This document shows positions 45,350-55,790 of a stretch of DNA of 64,000 bases, one piece after another; within the stretch, counting starts at the first letter, position 1; every line of letters starts with the position of its first letter. The translations under genes and the position numbers were made by a program. The DNA is from a bacterium UBP11_UBA4055 (GTDB taxonomy: Bacteria > UBA4055), in contig DFZN01000043.1 in NCBI GenBank assembly GCA_002382735.1, positions 35,543 through 99,542 on the forward strand, in the 5' to 3' direction. The notes under the pieces are model-generated. The model was not told the DNA's origin and made no database searches. It worked only from the letters and a program-made list of their open reading frames with translations.

Positions 45350-47017
45350 TTATTTCATTTCCTGATTCGAGGCTTTTATATAATAGAATTTCTCTGTAGC
45401 TGAAGTAACCGAAAGGTCGTAGCTCGTCTGATCCGTTGTGTCGAGGTAAGTAAAGCCCGAATACGGATCGTCGGAGTGATAGACGAGATATGAGAGCGCG
45501 TTCGTTACGGCTGACCATGATACGGTGAGGGTGGTCCCGGAAACGGAAGTGGAAATGTTCTGCGGATCGGCGAGATGGACATAGTTCACTGCAGCGAGTG
45601 CGTCGATAAGCCCCCAGCCGTACCTCGTGCTGTCCGGATTCGACGCTCTGTCCGCGGTCATCGTTAGCGCTTCGCGCACATCCATGTTCGTCCATTCCGG
45701 ATGAGCGGACAGGAGCAGGCAGGACACGCCTGCAACCAGCGGCGTCGCGAACGAGGTTCCGTTGCCGGTGCCGTATCCGTCCGTCGAATAATTCGCGTTA
45801 TAGTCGCTTACGCCCCTTGCGACGACCTCCGGCTTGATCCTCTGGTCATAAGACGGGCCGTAGGATGAGTCTGACGCAATAACAGCGTTAACATCCACCG
45901 AGCCGACCGAGATTATGCTGTCGGCATCAGCCGGGGCGGAAAGATATTTCCACGCGCTCGTACCAGAATTCCCCATGGCGTTGCAGACTGTGACGCCGAG
46001 ATACGCGGCGTATTTTGCGCCGAGCGTGCATACAGCTGTCTGACCGTCCATATCCTCATAAGTGTAATTGTCTAAAGGGTCATCAAATTCGGAATACCCC
46101 AGCGATATGGACGCTACATCGGCGCCCCGGGCTTCGCCCCACTCCAGCGCGGCGACCATCCTGTCCTCCTCAACAGTTCCCTCGTTCACATAATCCTCCG
46201 TCTTTGCGAGGAGGAAATCCGATCCGTAGGCCGGACCCACGAAAGTGCCCGGATCGTATCCCGCCGCGATCGACCAGCAGCTTGTCCCGTGGCTTTCCTG
46301 GTACGAGATGACATCATTTGCGTCATAGCTCACATTACCGTCGTTGAAAATAAAATCCCACTCGTCAACCACGGTCAGGCTGTCAAAAGCAGGATGGGTC
46401 TTCTTGAACCCCGTATCAATTATAAGCAGCCTTACCCCCTGTCCCGTATGACCCAAAGCGTGAACGGCGGGCACATTTATCTGGTTCACCTGATCGTAAG
46501 TCAGATTATAGAAAGAATCTTTCGCTCCGCCGATGTCTGTTTCCTGCTTAATTTCGGGATATTTTCCCTTTTTCGGCAGAATATCGATGTGCCTCACGAA
46601 TTCCAATTTTGATATCTCAAGAGCTTTAGCCGCGCTTATTTCGGCAGATACGAAATTGAACCACTTCGATACGGCTCTTACCTTCTCCAGTCCGAGCTTT
46701 TCGATATATGCTTCGTTGACAGGCAGGTCGGAGAACATGATCAGATCATTTTCGCGCTTGAATGATTTAGCTCTTCTCCTGAGAGTCTTTTCATCGAGCT
46801 TTACCGAGCATACAGCCTGAGCGAAACTTTTCTGGTCGAATATATTTTTATCGGTGAAATAAATTACAAATCCCCTCGTCTCTTTGGCATCGGAATTTAT
46901 AAATCTTTCGGCATTTTCTGTGAATTTATTCTCCTTTGGCGGAGTGTAGAATTCCATCGCACTAAGGCTTATGGTAAGCGTGATAAGTATTAAAGATCTC
47001 AAATTTCTCATATTCAA
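45350..47017 (-). CDS. Secreted S8 (subtilisin-like) serine peptidase
   Basis: Signal peptide; IDTG (Asp), HGT (His), GTSFATP (Ser); FN3-like C-terminal domain. Confidence 0.93.
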   Translation of the reverse strand: MNMRNLRSLILITLTISLSAMEFYTPPKENKFTENAERFINSDAKETRGFVIYFTDKNIFDQKSFAQAVCSVKLDEKTLRRRAKSFKRENDLIMFSDLPVNEAYIEKLGLEKVRAVSKWFNFVSAEISAAKALEISKLEFVRHIDILPKKGKYPEIKQETDIGGAKDSFYNLTYDQVNQINVPAVHALGHTGQGVRLLIIDTGFKKTHPAFDSLTVVDEWDFIFNDGNVSYDANDVISYQESHGTSCWSIAAGYDPGTFVGPAYGSDFLLAKTEDYVNEGTVEEDRMVAALEWGEARGADVASISLGYSEFDDPLDNYTYEDMDGQTAVCTLGAKYAAYLGVTVCNAMGNSGTSAWKYLSAPADADSIISVGSVDVNAVIASDSSYGPSYDQRIKPEVVARGVSDYNANYSTDGYGTGNGTSFATPLVAGVSCLLLSAHPEWTNMDVREALTMTADRASNPDSTRYGWGLIDALAAVNYVHLADPQNISTSVSGTTLTVSWSAVTNALSYLVYHSDDPYSGFTYLDTTDQTSYDLSVTSATEKFYYIKASNQEMK

Positions 47018-47019
47018 TC

Positions 47020-48192
47020 CTATTTAAGGTAAAGCATTTTGTTGAAAGCTGCCCGCCTGCCGTCTATCTGAAGTTCATAATAATAGACACCCGAATTAAT
47101 CCCCGAAGTATCAAATGTTACCGAGTGGCTTCCTATTCCGAAATTTCTGCCTCCCAGGCTCTTAACGAATTCACCTTTGGAGTTATACACCCTGATCTGA
47201 GCGTTCCCGGGCTCCCGCATAGTCCAGCTGATCAAGGTTGATCCGTTGAAAGGATTTGGATAATTTTTGATCAGGTCGAACGACTTTTCTGACGAAATTG
47301 CTTCCTCTATGCCTGAGGAAGTATCTTTGACGAGCAGCCTGATATACCATGCGCCGGCATAATCTTCCGAAATATCCTCAGGATGAACCCAGAGAGAATC
47401 TAGTCCGACCGGATATATCCATGTGTGATCGCTGTTCCCCGCCGGGTCCATGCACATGAAGTTCGCTGTCGTTTTAAAAACAACAGCAATACTTCCCGTC
47501 AGCGTATCCGTGAGATTTTCGATGTAAACGGCGTTACCTCCTTTGAAGCTCTTTATACCTGAATAGTAAGCGAATCCTGTATCGACGGGCACTGTCTCAA
47601 AAGGCACTATTCTCCATTCCGCTACACCGTCCCAGGCGTATCCGAATTCGATCTCTTGCAGCAAATAAGTATCAGAACCGAGATCAAAATCAAGTGCGGC
47701 GATCCATTCTTCTGTCGGACTCCCTAAAGTATTCTGGGGATCGAAACTGTATGCGGTACCCCATTCAATAAATTCACTGGAGGGATCATCAACTTTAACA
47801 GTCAAAGTGTCTGATGCGCTCCCGAATTCAGTATTGACCTTCACAGATACTTGTGCCGAACCGTAAACGGTTTTTGATATCAGATCAAGAAAAAGCTTTC
47901 CGGTACTTTCGTTATATGTCAGATTGCCTGTTACCATCAGATTGTTTGTCGAGGCGGGAAATTCGAATTCCATTGCTGTACTGTCGGGATTTGTTGCGAA
48001 GACATCAGTAATATCAATAGTTTTTGTCTCCGAAGGCCCCATTCTGACATCGGGTATCGGGTTCGCCACCCAGACCGTTCCGGAATCCTGCTTCGCCTCA
48101 TTATGTTCCAGTTCGGAAAGTTTATAAAATTCCGCCGGAAAAAGTACTGTGCTTATGGTAATTATAAAGAATATGATGCTTTTGAAGTTCAA
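47020..48192 (-). CDS. Secreted protein with T9SS type-A-like C-terminal domain
   Basis: Signal peptide; NYPNPFN...SGVYY...KMLYLK. Confidence 0.85.
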   Translation of the reverse strand: MNFKSIIFFIITISTVLFPAEFYKLSELEHNEAKQDSGTVWVANPIPDVRMGPSETKTIDITDVFATNPDSTAMEFEFPASTNNLMVTGNLTYNESTGKLFLDLISKTVYGSAQVSVKVNTEFGSASDTLTVKVDDPSSEFIEWGTAYSFDPQNTLGSPTEEWIAALDFDLGSDTYLLQEIEFGYAWDGVAEWRIVPFETVPVDTGFAYYSGIKSFKGGNAVYIENLTDTLTGSIAVVFKTTANFMCMDPAGNSDHTWIYPVGLDSLWVHPEDISEDYAGAWYIRLLVKDTSSGIEEAISSEKSFDLIKNYPNPFNGSTLISWTMREPGNAQIRVYNSKGEFVKSLGGRNFGIGSHSVTFDTSGINSGVYYYELQIDGRRAAFNKMLYLK

Positions 48193-48259
48193 AACGGACC
48201 CCGCAATTTTCTTACATTAACATTATACGCAAAATCTGACAAAATCACAAGATTATAAG

Positions 48260-48288
48260 TTGACAAATCTTATCAAAATAATTATCTT
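48260..48288 (+). promoter_or_regulatory. tRNA promoter
   Basis: TTGACA-17 nt-TATCTT. Confidence 0.65.
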
Positions 48289-48303
48289 GCCGTCTCGAAA
48301 ATT

Positions 48304-48389
48304 GCCTTGGTGGCGGAATTGGCAGACGCACTGGACTCAAAATCCAGCGGGGCTTAAACCCCGTACCGGTTCGACCCCGGTCCGAGGCA
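48304..48389 (+). tRNA. tRNA-Leu (CAA)
   Basis: Acceptor GCCTTGG/CCGAGGC, D-loop GGAATTGGCAGAC, anticodon arm CTGGA-CTCAAAA-TCCAG, long variable arm, T-arm ACCGG-TTCGACC-CCGGT; CCA not encoded. Confidence 0.97.
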
Positions 48390-48475
48390 CTAAATTAATT
48401 TTTTTCCATCTTTTATTCAATTAATCATATTTTTGCCTAATATTTTTTCTTATATTCGTTACCGTTGAGGAGTCA

Positions 48476-49165
48476 ATGGAAACATTTTACATACATACAG
48501 ATATACAAAAGGGTATTTTTGCCTCGATTACCGACCCGAACGAGACACTTCACGCCTATGCGAGTCTCAGGATAAAACCCGGCGAGTTCGTGGAAGTGAT
48601 CAACGGAAAAGGTGACCGGTACAGAGCGGAAGTACTTGAATGTAATAAAAAGCAATTCGTTCTTATGCCGCTTGAAAAAGAAGAACGGGATTCTGAATAT
48701 TCAAATATCAGACTTACAGTTGCTGTCTCCCTTCTGAACAAAAATTCCAAGATGAAGCTGCTGATTGAGAAACTGACTGAGCTCGGCATAAGCGGATTCA
48801 TACCGTTCATTTCTGACCGGACCGCTTTCCCCAAAATGAAAACGGAATCTCTGAGACCTTCCATGGTATCGGCTTTGAAACAGTGCGGCGGAAGTGTCGA
48901 TGTAAAGATCTCTGATACGATCAAATTCAACCAGCTTACTGAACTTGGAGGTTTTGACGGAAAGTATTTTTCGGATATGACCGGAAATGAACTCAAGATC
49001 AGAAAAGAGGGGAATATTCTCGCCGCTGTCGGTCCTGAGGGGGGATTTACTTCTGACGAGAAAAAATTAATGATAAACGCGGGTTTTGTACCCGTAAAAC
49101 TGAACAAACGGAGTTTGAGGGCGGAGACTGCAGCTATCGTTACCGCTTCAAAATTTTTGGACTGA
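48476..49165 (+). CDS. rsmE: 16S rRNA m3U1498 methyltransferase
   Basis: LIEKLTELG, ALKQCG, VGPEGGF, LRAETAA. Confidence 0.95.
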   Translation: METFYIHTDIQKGIFASITDPNETLHAYASLRIKPGEFVEVINGKGDRYRAEVLECNKKQFVLMPLEKEERDSEYSNIRLTVAVSLLNKNSKMKLLIEKLTELGISGFIPFISDRTAFPKMKTESLRPSMVSALKQCGGSVDVKISDTIKFNQLTELGGFDGKYFSDMTGNELKIRKEGNILAAVGPEGGFTSDEKKLMINAGFVPVKLNKRSLRAETAAIVTASKFLD

Positions 49166-49176
49166 AGGAGGAGTGT

Positions 49177-49386
49177 ATGTGCGGCATATCGAAAAATGAC
49201 CTCATTCTCAACATTTTCAAAAAATGCCCTTCCGCAAGAAGATATTTTATAAAAAAAAGTATGCGGTGCCCTGTCTGCGAGCTTAACAGGTTCGCAACAG
49301 TGGAGGAGTGCTGCAAGAATCATAAGGTCAGGGATGTTGAAAATTTTGTTAACGAACTAAATAAATTCAGTGAAGCAGCGGTGTAA
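49177..49386 (+). CDS. DUF1858-like small Cys-containing protein
   Basis: MRCPVC...TVEECCKNH pattern, 69 aa. Confidence 0.7.
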   Translation: MCGISKNDLILNIFKKCPSARRYFIKKSMRCPVCELNRFATVEECCKNHKVRDVENFVNELNKFSEAAV

Positions 49387-50412
49387 ATGGATAAACACTA
49401 TTACGGAACAGAATTCGCAAAAAAAAGAAATATCTGGCTTAAAGAAGTTTCAAGGACATTCTACCCTTCTATTAAGATCCTTCCAAAAGACCTTCATTTC
49501 TATGTGGGACACTCTTACCTGATCTGCCGTCTGCTTGACACTCTCGAGGATGCTTACGACATCACGGTCGAAAAGAAGAAAGAAGCGATTCATCAGGCGG
49601 TAATCAGCATCAGAGACCATTCGTACTTTCCTAAAAAAAATAACACATTCGCAGAAATAGCAGCGACTTCAGACATTAAACCTTTCGAAAAAGTGATACT
49701 TGAAAATGCTTTCGAGGTTTTTGAGTGCATCGATACTTTTCCCGATATCGTAAGATCCGACATTAGGACATGGACGACCGAAATGGCTGAAGGGATGAAG
49801 AAATATTCCTTCGGGTCGGACAACCCCAAGGCTCAGCTATCCACTATGTACGAACTTGAAGAATATACATACTATGTGGCCGGGACTGTGGGAGAGCTTC
49901 TTTCAGGGCTTTTCACTTTGGATCATTTTAAAGTTCCCAAAGAAAGAAGCGAAGTCATGTACGCGAACGGAGTGTCGTTCGGAAAGGCTCTGCAGTATGT
50001 CAACATCATAAAGGATTCGAGGGAGGATTTTACCGAAGGCAGATGTTTTATTCCCGCCGATCTGATAAAAAAATACGGTATAACGCTTGAGGAATTTTTT
50101 AAAACCGACAGAAAGACAGAAATAAAAGCGGTTTACAGTGAACTCATCAGCAGAGCCGAAGAACATCTAAAAGCGGCTGTCAAATACATCGAGGCTGTAC
50201 CTGTCAGGTTATGGAGGATCAGGCTTTTCTGCATCTGGCCCGTCGTCCTGGCTGTTGCCACACTCAACGGCATAAAGCGCGACCTCGATATTTTTATAAA
50301 TACCAGCCACACTTACAAGATCACAAGAAAAGAAGTCAAAAAACTGTTGTTCAGGGGATATTTCGCCGCATTCTCGAATTGGTATTTTAAGCGTATCCTC
50401 AAAAATAATTAA
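49387..50412 (+). CDS. Squalene/phytoene synthase family protein
   Basis: VSRTF, YLICRLLDTLED, YYVAGTVG, LQYVNIIKD..ED...GRCFIP. Confidence 0.92.
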   Translation: MDKHYYGTEFAKKRNIWLKEVSRTFYPSIKILPKDLHFYVGHSYLICRLLDTLEDAYDITVEKKKEAIHQAVISIRDHSYFPKKNNTFAEIAATSDIKPFEKVILENAFEVFECIDTFPDIVRSDIRTWTTEMAEGMKKYSFGSDNPKAQLSTMYELEEYTYYVAGTVGELLSGLFTLDHFKVPKERSEVMYANGVSFGKALQYVNIIKDSREDFTEGRCFIPADLIKKYGITLEEFFKTDRKTEIKAVYSELISRAEEHLKAAVKYIEAVPVRLWRIRLFCIWPVVLAVATLNGIKRDLDIFINTSHTYKITRKEVKKLLFRGYFAAFSNWYFKRILKNN

Positions 50413-50510
50413 TTATTTGATTGTCCGTACAGTATATTTTTATTATATTGAAATTCAAGTAAAAGACAGAATCCGAGCATTGTAATTTTAAGCGTGGAGT
50501 GAGGTATTAT

Positions 50511-53336
50511 ATGAAGAAATTTTTGCTGTTTATCCTTTCTTTAGCGATTTTTTTATCCGCGTCGGTCGTCCCTGTCGAAAGAGCGCAGAAAGTCGCGGAA
50601 AACTATTATCAGAATTATGCTCCTGTAACTGAAAAAGGCAATGCGGTTCAGAAAATCCTGACCAAAGAGTATATGGGACAGCCGACATGGTATGTAGTGC
50701 AGTTTACAAAAGGCTGGGTGATAGTATCTGCCGACGATGCAGTCCGGCCCATACTCGGTTACTCCTTTGACGGAAAGATCACGGAAGACCTCGAAAATAT
50801 GCAGAACCCGTTCGTCAACAGGTTCAGTTACTACGACAGGCAGATCGTCCACACTGTGAGAGAAAAAGGATATGTTGACGGGAAGTCGAGCGCGGAGTGG
50901 AAGGAAATCGAAAACGGTGTATTTCCGAAAGATTCTAAAGCTATCATCGTGCCCGCCCTGATCGAGACGAAATGGGGACAGGGCTGGCCGTGGAACGAAA
51001 TGTGCCCGGCAGGTACACCCGTAGGTTGCGTTGCAACAGCCATGCACCAGATAATGAGATATTGGCAAAACCCCGCACAAGGTGCCGGTTCGCACAGCTA
51101 CGATGATATATGGGGATCCACAACAGGATCCCACTCAGTCAACTTTTCTTCAGCGGTTTACGACTGGGATTTAATGGCTCCTCTTACATCCGGACAGGTT
51201 ACAACTCAGGCACAGATAGACGAGCTTGCTGAGCTGAGCTACCATTGCGGTGTCGCGGTTGAAATGGATTATGAGGCTTCAGGATCAGGAGCTTATATCT
51301 CCGATGTGACTTCAGCTCTCGAGACATATTTCGACTTCAGCACTGACGCTGCTTACATTTCTGTGGGTACAGTTACAAACGCAACCTCCCAGTCCACTAA
51401 AATCAGGACTGACCTCGATATCGGACACCCTATCATTTGGGGCGGGTCTGGCTCGCAGGGAGGCCACGCGTTCATCCTCGACGGATACACAGACGACTAC
51501 TATTATCACTTCAACTGGGGCTGGGAAGGGAATTTTGACGGATGGTTCCAGCTGAATGATCTAACACCTGACAGCATGGATTTCACTTCATCACAATCAT
51601 GCGTTTATAATTTATGGGGATACGGACCTTACCCTTATCCTGCTCCAAATATTGAGAGTATAGAAATATCGGACAGGGAAAACATTATAATAAGCTGGTC
51701 TATTCCTTCATATCATAACGAAATTCTCTATTTTGAAATTTTCAGAAATAACGAAGCAATAGTTCAGCTTCCCGACTCTGTCTTTTCATATACCGATTAT
51801 GCTCTTCCGGCAGGAACATACAATTACACAGTGGATGCAGCATATCAGTATTTTCCGTCGACTGCATACTGCCCGTCTGTAGAGATCGAAGACGATCTGA
51901 ACTATCCAACGCCACGATATTTCGAAACTTACCTTGAAACTTATAACAGGCATCATATTGATCTCTCGTGGTCCGCCCCGTCTGCAGCAACCCCGGATTC
52001 ATACAGGATATTCCGAAATGATACTCTCGCTGATGAAGTTCTCTTTACCGGAGAGGAAGAAACTTACAGAGATTCGCTTTTCTCTGACGGCTGGAATGAG
52101 TATTACATAAAAGCAGTTTATCCTACCGGCGTATCTATTCCTTCAGTTAAATCAAATGAGTTCATGGACGCAAATCCCAAGCCTTGGTTCTTGAATGCGT
52201 TCCTGCCCGGTGCAAGTACAGTTGAACTTTCATGGTTCGAACCTTATACGACTCCTTCACAATGGTTTAATTATGTCGACAAAGAACCTGATTCATGGTG
52301 GGACCATATGCCCAGCGGTCTGGGATTTGATTATTCAGCATATCAGAACAGGACCCTTTTCAATAAAGACGAGATTTATGAATATCCTGTTATAATTGAC
52401 AGTATCGCTGCGGCTTTCTATGAAGATACTGAAGATCCTTGGGTGAGTGACAAATTCACTTTCTCTATCTATTCAGGTGGTTCTACGGTTATGGGACCGA
52501 CTGCAGAGATCACGGCAGTAAGCGGTAAATATGTTAAATATCCTCTTCCGGACCTGCTGGACCTAACAGCCCCATGGTATGTTATTGTCGATCCGAAAGA
52601 TAATACAAAAGGTCATCCCGGCATTTTGTCATCTTATACAGACCAGACACACTCTGAAACATATCTCGACCTGAGCAATGATGGAACACCCGACGGATGG
52701 CATAACATTTCAGCAGACAGTCTTTATCATGAATGGTGGATTTCATGTCATGTGACTTCAGGTTTGCCGTCAAATGAGAAGAATAGCAGGTGGATCTCCT
52801 TTTCTCCTGTAATTTCTGTAAACGGCAGGAAAACACCAGAAATTGAACTGAAAGATCTGAAAATAATTCCTGCAGGTTTCCTCGGTTACAAGATATACCG
52901 CGACAACGCTGAGATTGCGACAACTGATTCGACATCATACACCGATATACTGTCCAAAGAACTGACAACTGCTGATTATCATGTTACAGCATTTTACGAG
53001 GATCCTACCGGAGAGTCAGCTCCATCGAATGTAGTGACTGTCACGATCACTTCTATTGAAGACAATGTTCCTTACGAAACCGCACTTTCGCAGAATTATC
53101 CGAACCCTTTCAATCCTGAGACGAATATAAAATTCACTATCGCATCCGATACAAAAGTCAGTTTGAAGATATTCAATACTTCAGGACAGCTCGTTGCGGT
53201 ACCGGTGGACAGATTCATGAAGAGAGGAAGTTACAACATAAATATGAACGCTTCGAAATTGAGCGGCGGGGTTTATATCTACAAGCTCGAAGCGGACGGG
53301 AAAGAGTTCAGTAAGAAAATGACGGTTGTGAAGTAG
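50511..53336 (+). CDS. C10 (streptopain-like) cysteine protease with FN3-like modules and T9SS-type CTD
   Basis: Signal peptide, Spi-like prodomain, GCVATAM (Cys), GHAFILDG (His), WGW, NYPNPFNP...KKMTVVK. Confidence 0.93.
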   Translation: MKKFLLFILSLAIFLSASVVPVERAQKVAENYYQNYAPVTEKGNAVQKILTKEYMGQPTWYVVQFTKGWVIVSADDAVRPILGYSFDGKITEDLENMQNPFVNRFSYYDRQIVHTVREKGYVDGKSSAEWKEIENGVFPKDSKAIIVPALIETKWGQGWPWNEMCPAGTPVGCVATAMHQIMRYWQNPAQGAGSHSYDDIWGSTTGSHSVNFSSAVYDWDLMAPLTSGQVTTQAQIDELAELSYHCGVAVEMDYEASGSGAYISDVTSALETYFDFSTDAAYISVGTVTNATSQSTKIRTDLDIGHPIIWGGSGSQGGHAFILDGYTDDYYYHFNWGWEGNFDGWFQLNDLTPDSMDFTSSQSCVYNLWGYGPYPYPAPNIESIEISDRENIIISWSIPSYHNEILYFEIFRNNEAIVQLPDSVFSYTDYALPAGTYNYTVDAAYQYFPSTAYCPSVEIEDDLNYPTPRYFETYLETYNRHHIDLSWSAPSAATPDSYRIFRNDTLADEVLFTGEEETYRDSLFSDGWNEYYIKAVYPTGVSIPSVKSNEFMDANPKPWFLNAFLPGASTVELSWFEPYTTPSQWFNYVDKEPDSWWDHMPSGLGFDYSAYQNRTLFNKDEIYEYPVIIDSIAAAFYEDTEDPWVSDKFTFSIYSGGSTVMGPTAEITAVSGKYVKYPLPDLLDLTAPWYVIVDPKDNTKGHPGILSSYTDQTHSETYLDLSNDGTPDGWHNISADSLYHEWWISCHVTSGLPSNEKNSRWISFSPVISVNGRKTPEIELKDLKIIPAGFLGYKIYRDNAEIATTDSTSYTDILSKELTTADYHVTAFYEDPTGESAPSNVVTVTITSIEDNVPYETALSQNYPNPFNPETNIKFTIASDTKVSLKIFNTSGQLVAVPVDRFMKRGSYNINMNASKLSGGVYIYKLEADGKEFSKKMTVVK

Positions 53337-53346
53337 GGGGAATGTT

Positions 53347-55716
53347 ATGAAGAAATTGTTATTGAGTATTCTATTACTAATTACCGGACTCGCAGCACAG
53401 GAATGGCCGGCTCCGACAAACCTTCAGGGTTCTCTTTCGAACCTTGACGACATCACTCTTACATGGGACAGGCCTGCAGGCGTAAAATACGGAATACTTA
53501 CAGGTTATAACATATACAGGAACGGCATGCTCAAGGAAACTACTACAGCCGCTCAGACGACTTATGACGACACCGACCTTTCTTCAGGAACATACCTGTA
53601 CACCGTAAAAGCTGAATACACAACTCCTGACGGAGAATCATTACCGTCGAATACTTATGAGGTCGCGGTTGTTCCGGACGATAATTATCCTGTTCCGACA
53701 AGTATCTCATGTAGCGTTAACGGGAGACATTCAATAGATATTTCATGGGTTACACCGTATTGCGGGAGTATCTATTTTTTTTGCGACTTCGAAACTCTCG
53801 ATGCCGATTCTGACTGGCATCACGAAAGAACAGTGGACTATCCTCCGACGGGGAGAAAGATCCAGCAGACTTTGACTATTGACAATTTCAATCAGGATGA
53901 TATAACTGACGGATGGTTCCAGTGCGATGCGGCTTCATTCTCCGGCAGCGGATCTGACTATATCTACAAAGGGGATTACTCTATGGCAATAGACAAGTCC
54001 TCATCAGGCCACACATGGGCTTTTTCTCCTGTATTTACAATAGAACATCCGGATGCTGAACTTAGGTTCCGGCACAGAATAACCGGCAATTCTTCATCCG
54101 GACAATATACAACCGCTTATGTCAATCTCTATACTGGTGATTTTACTGAGACCGATCCTTCTGAGAATCTTACGGAAATAGCTGCATATATTAATATTAA
54201 CGAATCAACCCAAAATCTTTTCGAATCAGATGAAGCAATAGAACTGACTGCATTCACCGGAAATTTCAGGCTGGCGTGGGTCTATAAACAGAACAATGGT
54301 CAAAATATGGCTGTAGACGAAATAATCATAGGAAGTAATGGTGGTTATTATGGAGTAAATGAAATCTACAGGAATGGCATTTATGCGGCTACTGTTGAAA
54401 ACGAAATATACTGGTCAGACACCGGATTCGATGACGGGCTTAACGAATACTACATTAAAGCTGTTTACCCGACTGGTACTTCGATAGCATCGGATCGAAC
54501 ATCTGCTTACATCATGGCAAATCCGTCACCCGGCTATCTGGCTGGAGTCCTTTCCGCCAATCAGCGGGATGTTGACCTAAGCTGGTATGCGCCGCTTCAC
54601 CTTCCTCCGCACTGGTTTGGTTATATTGACGACATATTTGAAGAATATTTTGACAATTTCTTTGATATGGGACTTCCGGGAACATGGGCTGAAAGAAGAA
54701 CGGTATTCACGGCTTCCGGTTTAGGTCCTGGTAACACTTACCCGTTCACCGTTGACTCGCTGGCGGCAGCTTTCTATGAAGGAGATTACTATTGGACCGG
54801 TTCTAATTTCACTTACGAAGTATGGACGACCAACACGGCCGGAACTGCCGACTCTACAATATATCTGACAGGTAATCAGACAGCCTTAAGCGGATACTGG
54901 TCAACTCACGGACTTCCCGCTCAGCGCACAATGAACTGGGGATGGTATGTGTCGCTTCATGTTAATAATGACGGAACGCCTTCTTCATTGGTCAATGTTC
55001 ACGGCGACGGAACACCGACCCATTCTCAGGTCTACTACGGCGGGGACGGTACCTATAGCCCCGGATGGTATTCGATCACTTTTGGCGATGATAATACGGG
55101 CGACTGGGCGATCCTGTGCTTCGGTCAGGGAGCCGTTGATGAGTGGTACTTCAACAAAGCTGAGGCTCCTGTTGAAAAACTCACTTTAACCCCGAACGGG
55201 GTCCTGAAAGGAACGGTTAAACCTGACCTTAACGCTGCTGTAGAGAACAGCAAAGCTCTGATCAAATACAATGTCTGGAGGAACGGCGTTGATATTGCTG
55301 ATGTTAGTCACGGCGCTTCTCCCGTTAGCTTTACCGATATAAACGTGCCTGCTGCACCATTTGAAGGACATGAGTACTGGATAACGGCGGTTTATTCCAA
55401 TCCTGAAGGCGAGTCTGACCCTTCTGAATCATTCATACTATGCGTTTCGGTCATCGACCCGTGTATCGTTAATTTAACAACAAGTTATGACGGATCAAAT
55501 TTCTGTCTAAGCTGGGACGCCAGCCCGATTGCAACAGGATACTGCATATACTCATCTTCGAATCCCTATGGCACTTTCGATCTGATCGATTCAACAGCAG
55601 AAACTTCATGGAGTGTTCCGGCTTCGGAATCAAAAAAATTCTATTACATAACCGCGACCGACGAAGTCAAGAAAAAAACTCCGGAAAAGATATTTCTCCA
55701 AAAGGACAGCAGATAG
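53347..55716 (+). CDS. Secreted modular protein (FN3-like and adhesin-like domains)
   Basis: Signal peptide; repeated LSW..P / YNIYRNG / Y.V.AVY modules. Confidence 0.85.
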   Translation: MKKLLLSILLLITGLAAQEWPAPTNLQGSLSNLDDITLTWDRPAGVKYGILTGYNIYRNGMLKETTTAAQTTYDDTDLSSGTYLYTVKAEYTTPDGESLPSNTYEVAVVPDDNYPVPTSISCSVNGRHSIDISWVTPYCGSIYFFCDFETLDADSDWHHERTVDYPPTGRKIQQTLTIDNFNQDDITDGWFQCDAASFSGSGSDYIYKGDYSMAIDKSSSGHTWAFSPVFTIEHPDAELRFRHRITGNSSSGQYTTAYVNLYTGDFTETDPSENLTEIAAYININESTQNLFESDEAIELTAFTGNFRLAWVYKQNNGQNMAVDEIIIGSNGGYYGVNEIYRNGIYAATVENEIYWSDTGFDDGLNEYYIKAVYPTGTSIASDRTSAYIMANPSPGYLAGVLSANQRDVDLSWYAPLHLPPHWFGYIDDIFEEYFDNFFDMGLPGTWAERRTVFTASGLGPGNTYPFTVDSLAAAFYEGDYYWTGSNFTYEVWTTNTAGTADSTIYLTGNQTALSGYWSTHGLPAQRTMNWGWYVSLHVNNDGTPSSLVNVHGDGTPTHSQVYYGGDGTYSPGWYSITFGDDNTGDWAILCFGQGAVDEWYFNKAEAPVEKLTLTPNGVLKGTVKPDLNAAVENSKALIKYNVWRNGVDIADVSHGASPVSFTDINVPAAPFEGHEYWITAVYSNPEGESDPSESFILCVSVIDPCIVNLTTSYDGSNFCLSWDASPIATGYCIYSSSNPYGTFDLIDSTAETSWSVPASESKKFYYITATDEVKKKTPEKIFLQKDSR

Positions 55717-55790
55717 GGCTCTAAACTTAATATAATTTGACTTTTGACTCAAAATCATTATATTTCAAGCTTTATAATTAATTATGCATT

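Noticed and set aside
44358-45695. 445-aa ORF-track call for the oxidoreductase
   Set aside because: The first 118 codons overlap the S8 gene; the Rossmann motif starts at 45341
48304-48389. tRNA-Leu as an integration site
   Set aside because: No duplicated 3' end or integrase seen; flanking genes are housekeeping or secreted proteins
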